Below, in pieces: positions 57,330 to 64,000 of a stretch of DNA of 64,000 nt. The position numbers were made by a program, and so were the translations under genes. Numbering within the stretch: the stretch's first letter is position 1; each line of letters opens with the position of its first letter. Below the pieces are notes generated by a model. That model was not told the DNA's origin and did no database searches. It was given only the letters and a program-made list of their open reading frames with translations. The stretch is taken from positions 2,482,001 to 2,546,000 of the forward strand of contig CM052816.1 in assembly GCA_028534125.1 (NCBI GenBank), in the 5' to 3' direction. The DNA is from Lama glama (lineage: Eukaryota).

Positions 57330-59400
57330 CAGAGTCAAAATGGGCATCAGAAGACATCAGTATAATCTCTGCAGGGAGAAATCCATCCCATGGTATTGCC
57401 ACAGTTGGTCTGAATTAATTACCTCATAAGATGGGAGGCTCACTATCTTAAGAGGTAGCTCTACTGAAAAAGCTCTACACTTAATCTGACATCTAAATCT
57501 GTCTCTTGGTAATTTTTACCCTGGCCTTTTTTAGAACATGATGAACAAGGCTATCCCATTTTTTTCCCCCATAAAATGTTAGAGTTGAAAAGAGGTTTAG
57601 AGATCTCATTACTGAGGCTTCTCACTTTGCAGTTAAGAAAACTGAGTGCTTCTTTTTGCACAGGCTTCCCCTCTGAGTATGTGAAGAGTCATTGTTTTCC
57701 TTATTGCACAAGCTGAGCTTGAAGAGGTTGTGAATTTCAAGTACCCAGTTGTCAGTTAGAATTCCAAGCTGGAACACAGGAGAGAGGCTTGGAACAGAGC
57801 AACAGAATCAATAGTCACAGATACGCTTCCTGGTAGCTGAAGTCATGGAAAATATGAAGATTTTCCAGAAGATGAGAAACAAGGGTGCAGGATGAGATCC
57901 TTGGGTTCTTCCATCGCGATATCACCGTGAAAGTCAGTTTTGTTTCCTGCCATAATCACGTAGACTAGATGAAACTAAGACCCTCCCCGCCATCGCCCAG
58001 GGCGTTCTGTTTGACATTCGAAGGTAGAGCCTTAAACGCCAAAAATCTTGAGAAATAATGTAAAATTCTTCCTGTGAGTTTCTCTAAAGGAGATAGTGCA
58101 TAAAATGCTTCTTAAAAGTTCTGTGCAGTTAATCTTCCCCTTTGCAAAAAAGTCTGACTCAGGACAGCTGCTAAAACCTCTGCTCCTTTCTGACTTCTTA
58201 TATTCTCCTCTGTCTGCAATTCTTTTCACCACTCTTCTGCTTTCTCCCCAAATATCTGTGCTCTTTTTTCAAAGTCATGCTGCTGCTCTTAAGTGGAAAG
58301 TCTCTGCTGAGCTTTCTGCTTCAAGACATCTGGGGCTAGCTAGGGACGGCTGGGTGATTCAAAAGCTCCACAGCACTCACCTTCCTTTACTATATACGGG
58401 AAAACGCACGGCAAGTCCCGGCTCCTCCACTGCCCCCCAGACCCTGTCTATTTCTTTTTCTTTTTTCATTTGTTTTCTTATTTAAAATTCTTGGGAGTAA
58501 TTTCTGATAAATCAATTCTCTGTTACACTGTCCTCAATTGTCCCCCCTTAGGTTTTTCCTCATCTGAGAATTTCAGAAGCACATGTTTATGTCAATACTT
58601 GCTAGAAATGTCACTGGGGCTGAGTCAATGGCAGAGTCAAGCGGCATGCCAACGGAGACCCCTCTCTAGGTTGACCAAGATCATTTTCACTCGAATAATA
58701 CTGGAGTGATGGTCTTAAGTGACCACACCCACGGAGCTTCACGACTGGTGTAGGTGTAGTGAGTGGTCCAAAGCCCAACATGACATGGAATTCAATTTCA
58801 TTGGCCACTGAGTCATCAAAGACCACTTATTATTCAACAAGTGTAAAATGTATTAAAATTAATATTTAGTGCCCAGTCCACCAAATTTTCCAAGAGGAAA
58901 TTCTGACAAAAAGCTTTACTAAAGTTCAGACAACTTGATGTATATCCAGTGATCTCTCAATATGGTAACACTTTTTTTTAAAAAAAAAAGGAAATATATT
59001 ATTCTTGCCTGCTTCACTCTTCCGAGTTTTGTTCTTAGCATTGGCCACATTCCTTGCTCAGGCTCCAAACCTTCCCTAGTCAACAGCCTGTCCTAGAATT
59101 TTGGTTGAGTGTAGTTAAAATTAAGTTCCTGTCTATAGTTCCCAGAATTTGCTGTTAAAAAAAATCATTACAATGTTTATTTGCCTCTAGCATTCTGGCA
59201 TGGATCTCATGCCTGAAACAGCCTCAAAGATTACAAACAGCTTTGCTTAACAACATAACATGGGATCCACGTCCACACCCACACCCGTGTTGTGAGCCTC
59301 CCCTCCTCCCTTCCCTAGCTGTCTGGGGAGAAAGAAATTTCTCTTTTCACATGGAACATGGCAGCTCATCCGTCATTTTCCTTTTCACCTGCTGAACTGA
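57330..59400 (-). mobile_element. CR1/L3 LINE relic (RT domain to 3' end), interrupted
   Basis: Collinear minus-strand motifs LFVIFE (~59240), GNYR (59143-59132), LNFSKAF (58929-58909), VSVGMPLDSA (~58659-58630) and LLKFSDE (58579-58559) correspond to CR1 PLSVIFE / GNYRP / LDFSKAFD / SGVPQGS / IKFADD; L3-like 3' region at 57330-57560. Confidence 0.75.
57572..57655 (-). mobile_element. MIR/MIR3-like fragment inside the CR1 relic
   Basis: 'aaaatgttagagttgaaaagagg.ttagagatc...ctcactttgcagttaagaaaactgag'. Confidence 0.6.
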
Positions 59401-60182
59401 AGCAGTTCCCTTCCCCTTCATGCCCCAAATGTGAGTCTGAAGACAGATCCTCTTATTTACTGAACAGTCAGCTGCCAGATAGACACCACCATAAGGCTAG
59501 CTTCTGAAATAGGAAGTATGAGATGCAGAGACGAGGATTTCTGTACAGAGAGTCCTGAGTTCTGGTCCCAGCTGAGCTATATCTACGTCGTACCCTGACC
59601 CTGGCGCAGTTATCGAACCACTTTCTGCTGCTGCCGATACCACCCTCCCCACTGAATTCACAGGATGGCTGAGAAAATCAAGAGGAGACAATGCTAAGGG
59701 AAAAAACACACAAAGTGCTTCCTTGTTGTATCAGGTTAAAATAATCCCGCCTCAGCGTTCAGGCCTTGGGTCTGGGCTGTGCCCACTGGGCTCCCTCGTT
59801 CTCTGCCTTGCTTGTGGTTTTGCCTTCGTTTGGTTCTCCAGCTATTTCCAACCTCGGTCTGTTCCCAGCCTCTCGGTCCCAAACTTCCCCCAATTACTGG
59901 TCCTCACCCTGACACGCTGCTTTATGCACTCTCAGCGAGATGATTACTCACTAATTGGGAAAACAATCCAAACTCCTGAGGGATTGGGTCATAATGTGTT
60001 CCCTCTCCAGGCAGCAAAGAGCAATCCCCGGACCACCATGGAAGTTATATGTTCCTGAAAATTACCAGTCTTGACAGAACCATGCTTAGCAATGTCAAGG
60101 TCTTCGAACAAAGAGGAGATTGGAAGGAAGTGGCATTACAAATAAATCCTTTAATATACTTTTTATTCTTTAGTGATGATAG

Positions 60183-60268
60183 TTTTGATTTTTTGAAGTA
60201 CAGTCAGTTACAATGTGTCAATTTCTGGTGTACGGCACAATGTCCCAGTATATATATATATATATATA
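60183..60268 (-). mobile_element. Camelid-type L1 3' end running into (TA)n and the gap
   Basis: 'ttgaagtacagtcagttacaatgtgtcaatttctggtgtac' is the reverse complement of the 3' end of the copy at 4026-4305. Confidence 0.85.
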
Positions 60269-60768
60269 NNNNNNNNNNNNNNNNNNNNNNNNNNNNNNNN
60301 NNNNNNNNNNNNNNNNNNNNNNNNNNNNNNNNNNNNNNNNNNNNNNNNNNNNNNNNNNNNNNNNNNNNNNNNNNNNNNNNNNNNNNNNNNNNNNNNNNNN
60401 NNNNNNNNNNNNNNNNNNNNNNNNNNNNNNNNNNNNNNNNNNNNNNNNNNNNNNNNNNNNNNNNNNNNNNNNNNNNNNNNNNNNNNNNNNNNNNNNNNNN
60501 NNNNNNNNNNNNNNNNNNNNNNNNNNNNNNNNNNNNNNNNNNNNNNNNNNNNNNNNNNNNNNNNNNNNNNNNNNNNNNNNNNNNNNNNNNNNNNNNNNNN
60601 NNNNNNNNNNNNNNNNNNNNNNNNNNNNNNNNNNNNNNNNNNNNNNNNNNNNNNNNNNNNNNNNNNNNNNNNNNNNNNNNNNNNNNNNNNNNNNNNNNNN
60701 NNNNNNNNNNNNNNNNNNNNNNNNNNNNNNNNNNNNNNNNNNNNNNNNNNNNNNNNNNNNNNNNNNNN
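60269..60768. other. Assembly gap, exactly 500 N
   Basis: Direct count of the N run. Confidence 0.98.
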
Positions 60769-60879
60769 CAAAGCAATGATCACAAATCCTAGGTGCTAGT
60801 TCAACCAAGATGCAAATGAGAAGTAAAATGTTCTTCCGTTCTCCCACGTGTTAGCGCTATCATCTTCTATCATCTTCAT

Positions 60880-61025
60880 CTCATCCCTTCTCTCTAAGCC
60901 TCAGTTTCTTCCTCTGTATAATGTATGGATTATCAGCTTCTCTCCAGGGTTGAAGGGAGGGCCACATAAAATAATGTACGTGAAGGCAACTCACATACTG
61001 TAAAGTATGCTATAAATGTAGAGCA
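60880..61025 (+). mobile_element. MIR
   Basis: 'tctctaagcctcagtttcttcctctgtataatg...cagggttgaagggagg...ataatgtacgtgaaggc...tgctataaatgta'. Confidence 0.75.
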
Positions 61026-61582
61026 TTCTCCAGTTACAGCGCCTGTCCAGTACAACCCCCCCTCTACACACATTTATTCACATACCCTGCCTCCTATCAC
61101 CATCTGCCAACCAAACTCTGCAAGTGGAAGAAATACACGAGCAGAAGACAAAGGGTCATTTACCTTGGTAGTTAATGCCCTGTAAGGATTCTGTTTATAT
61201 GGACTGTCTATAATTTTTCAGTCTAAAAATTACTCCGCACAGTTGCTTAATGGCCCTTTTATCTTCTCTTTAATCACGTCTAGGACTCCTCACCAGTCCC
61301 CCATTAAGGTTTCCATTTGTCTCTTTGATTGTCCTCCTGATCCTTATTTGCATGCAGGGCTATACATGACACATCCTATGTTTCTGGGCTAACCGAGCAA
61401 TTGAGGCCAAATGTGCCCAACAGCCAAGCCAACGGGAGGAAAGTCGCATTATGCCAGCTACATAAGACATACATGCTTGTAAGTGTTTGAGCATAAAAGA
61501 ATATATATATGTGCTTAGATAGGCAGGGAACAACAGTAAAAATGGCACATTCACTGCTATATGGGCGGCACTTTCAGTAGAG

Positions 61583-61754
61583 CAGTGGCTCCCAATCTGG
61601 CTTAAGAAGCTTAAAAAATATATACCGATACTTGGATTCTAACACTAGAGATGCTGATGTAATTTGTCAGGGTGGCATCTAGGCGTTGGTCTGTTTCACA
61701 AAGCTCCTCTCCGTCAAGTCACTCTAATGAGTGGCCAGTATTGACAGCACCCTG
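61583..61754. mobile_element. MER5B-like MITE
   Basis: 'cagtggctcccaatctgg...agcttaaaaaata...agagatgctgatgtaatttgtc.ggg...ctctaatg..tggccag..ttga...accctg'. Confidence 0.7.
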
Positions 61755-61894
61755 ATAGGAACAAACCCTGGAACGAGCCTCATCTTACACACAACCAAGT
61801 CTTGCTGTGTGCTGCTCAATGAAAATTCTCTTTTTTCTTAATAAAGATATTTTCCCCTGGGACTACAAATCTTAATAATCTGCTGCCCCTAAAA

Positions 61895-62425
61895 ATTATG
61901 CTCCTAGGATTCAGTCTTAGAGAAACACAACTCTAATGTGTAAAGACAAAGATTCAAGGTGACACGGTAACACTGGATATTGGAAGCAATCCAAATGCTC
62001 ATCCATAGAGGATCGATAAAAGGGTAATAATAATAATAAGGCACAGCCAATATGATGAAACACCATACAGCCCTTAAAAAGAATGACCTAAGTCTGGAAG
62101 TCTACCCTGAAAGAAATGTACCCAGAATATACTTTTAAATGAACAAATTGAGATGTAGGATAATATGTACTTAAGATACATTTTTTTTTGTACCATACTC
62201 TCACCCTCAAACGAGATGACTAACACAGATCGTAAAATCTCAAATCTGTGGTTCTTGAATTAGTAGAAGAAATTCTACACAGACAACTGTTAAGCCATGT
62301 AACGGTTACTCTTGCGAGTGAGACGAGACAGGAGAAAAGGAGAGAGTTCTACTTTTCACTTTACATCCCTCTTCATTAGTGAGATGTTTATAAACAGCAT
62401 CTATTATGTTTATAATTTTTAAAAG
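61895..62425 (+). mobile_element. Very old L1 3' region (L1ME-like)
   Basis: 'ttggaagcaatccaaatgctcatccatagagg','caccatacagcccttaaaaagaatga','acttttcactttacat'. Confidence 0.65.
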
Positions 62426-63619
62426 AGAGGAAAACTATTTGGCAGTCACACTCCCTCCTCCACACACGCTGCCTTCCAACCCAAATGTTAATCTGGCTGT
62501 TTTAAAAAAGAAAATTATGGACGCTCTACTGGCTGGATTTCTCTGCAGATCAAAAAAACACTCTGCATCTTTTCCATTCAGCATTCCATTAACGCGTAAC
62601 AGAGCCAAGTCCTGTGTGTGGGAAAGTGTGTCTTTATGTGTGTGGATCCTGTTGTAGTTACAACGGCCCCTCCCTTTGGTAACAATTTAACACCCACATG
62701 CATCCTCAGGAAGGTCAAAAGGGAAAGGCAAGAATGAAAAAACATGTTTAAGAAATGTGAACCAGCTCCCACTTCCAAACTTCTTTTCCCTCCCGTTAGA
62801 AAACATCATACATGTTTCCATGAGTATCTGGTGGCTTTAATAAAACGAGTGGTGATATCGTCCGGAGCAAAGGTGGGACGTTGGCAGCACACTTCCCATC
62901 GGAAATGAGGCGCTGTGCTGGGAATAACACTGGATTTTACAACATAAATTTAAAAGTCATCATGCTGAATTATGTATCCCTTTCCTAATTCCTACCAGAG
63001 TCTTGTGGCCATTCTGAAATGTTAGAGTCCGAGAGAAAGAAAAATCATGGAATTTCTATATTCAGGGAAAACCAGCACTTTCTCAGATGATTAAAAAAAA
63101 AAAGAATCAAAATTCCATTCACAAAAGAGAAAGTAGGTAATTTCCTGTAATTTTATATTTGAAACTTCAGCTTGAGTCTTCAGTAGACTTAAGTGGCAAA
63201 GCACAGATTCTAACCACCAGCAGGTTTTAAGGTCTTCCAGTCAAGGAAAGAAGCTTCAGGGATTCATGATGAGATCTGGGAGGTATTCCTGAATGTGCTA
63301 GGGTACAAGGCTTTCAGTTACCCTGTTTTGATCATCTCTCTCCCTCTGAAGGAATGAACAGGTAAGTAAAATACAATTGTGTACAATATACAGTTTAACT
63401 TCAGAATCCTTAGACAACATAAATTTAATACTAGCTTTACCCTCGAGTGCCTGTGTATCCTCAAGCGTGTTACTAAATCTTTCTGTGCCATAGTCTTACG
63501 ATCCCTTAAAATATGAATAAAAATACTTGCCAATCTGGTAGAGCTGTTACAGTGATAAGTGAAAGGATATAAAATAAAGCATTTTTTAAAATCAAGGGAC
63601 TACTAATAGAAGAGACACA

Positions 63620-63710
63620 GTGTAAACAGAAACCATACAAACTAAAACTGAACTGTGTTAGTTAACTTCTACAAGCTTGTTTCTTCATCTGTGAAATGGG
63701 AGGATCAGCT
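63620..63710 (+). mobile_element. MIR fragment
   Basis: 'tagttaacttctacaagcttgtttcttcatctgtgaaatggg'. Confidence 0.55.
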
Positions 63711-63889
63711 AAGGAGTACATCAACACATACTCAGTGGCCTCAGCTTGCCCGGTGCTGTTTTAGCTGCTGAGGATAACTCCCCTGTTCCACCTACCCACA
63801 GGCTTACTATAGTATCAACAAATCAATGTCCATAAGACATTTTAAAACCGTGAAGTGTTGTGCCCTCGTGCAAGACTATCCGCATTTAT

Positions 63890-63990
63890 TTTTTTGCCAC
63901 TCGTTGAAAAATCTATTTATTGAGTCCGTGCTAGTTAAAAGCAACGAATCAGACAAATTCCATCCCTGAGAGCTTAAAGTCTACTGTGGT
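63890..63990 (-). mobile_element. L2 3' fragment
   Basis: 'aaatctatttattgagtccgtgctag...gaatcagacaaattccatccctgagagcttaaagtcta'. Confidence 0.65.
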
Positions 63991-64000
63991 CGCTGACTAT

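Noticed and set aside
60049..60847. Longest ORFs in the track (188-247 aa)
   Set aside because: They are artefacts of reading through 500 N and a (TA)n run.
1..64000. CRISPR array, operon or other prokaryote-type system
   Set aside because: The sequence is clearly mammalian; I saw no regularly spaced repeat-spacer array or gene cluster.

Overview
This is mammalian non-coding DNA, most likely from a camelid (alpaca/llama/camel). That is inferred from two tRNA-derived Vic-1-like SINEs and four lineage-type L1 3' ends, with no Alu, B1/B2, Bov-tA or PRE-1 seen. I recognise no protein-coding exon: the ORF track is explained by chance ORFs, L1/L2/MIR relics, microsatellites and a 500-N gap (60269-60768). 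A large part of the window is interspersed repeat: many MIR and L2 fragments, old L1M 3' ends, hAT MITEs (MER5, MER20, MER33, MER58, MER91, Charlie4-like), MaLR LTRs, one ERV1-like solo LTR and a ~2 kb CR1/L3 relic whose RT motifs can still be read. There is also a 35-nt 3'-truncated U2 snRNA retropseudogene with a target-site duplication. Between the repeats lie repeat-free islands rich in developmental TF motifs, the strongest being a PBX-MEIS/HOX cluster at ~54.5-54.8 kb. This suggests a large intron or regulatory gene desert, but I cannot name the locus. I found no convincing novel biological system; the best leads are candidate enhancers and unusual retroposition events. Repeat family names come from recalled consensus sequences, not a database search, and boundaries are approximate unless a TSD is given.
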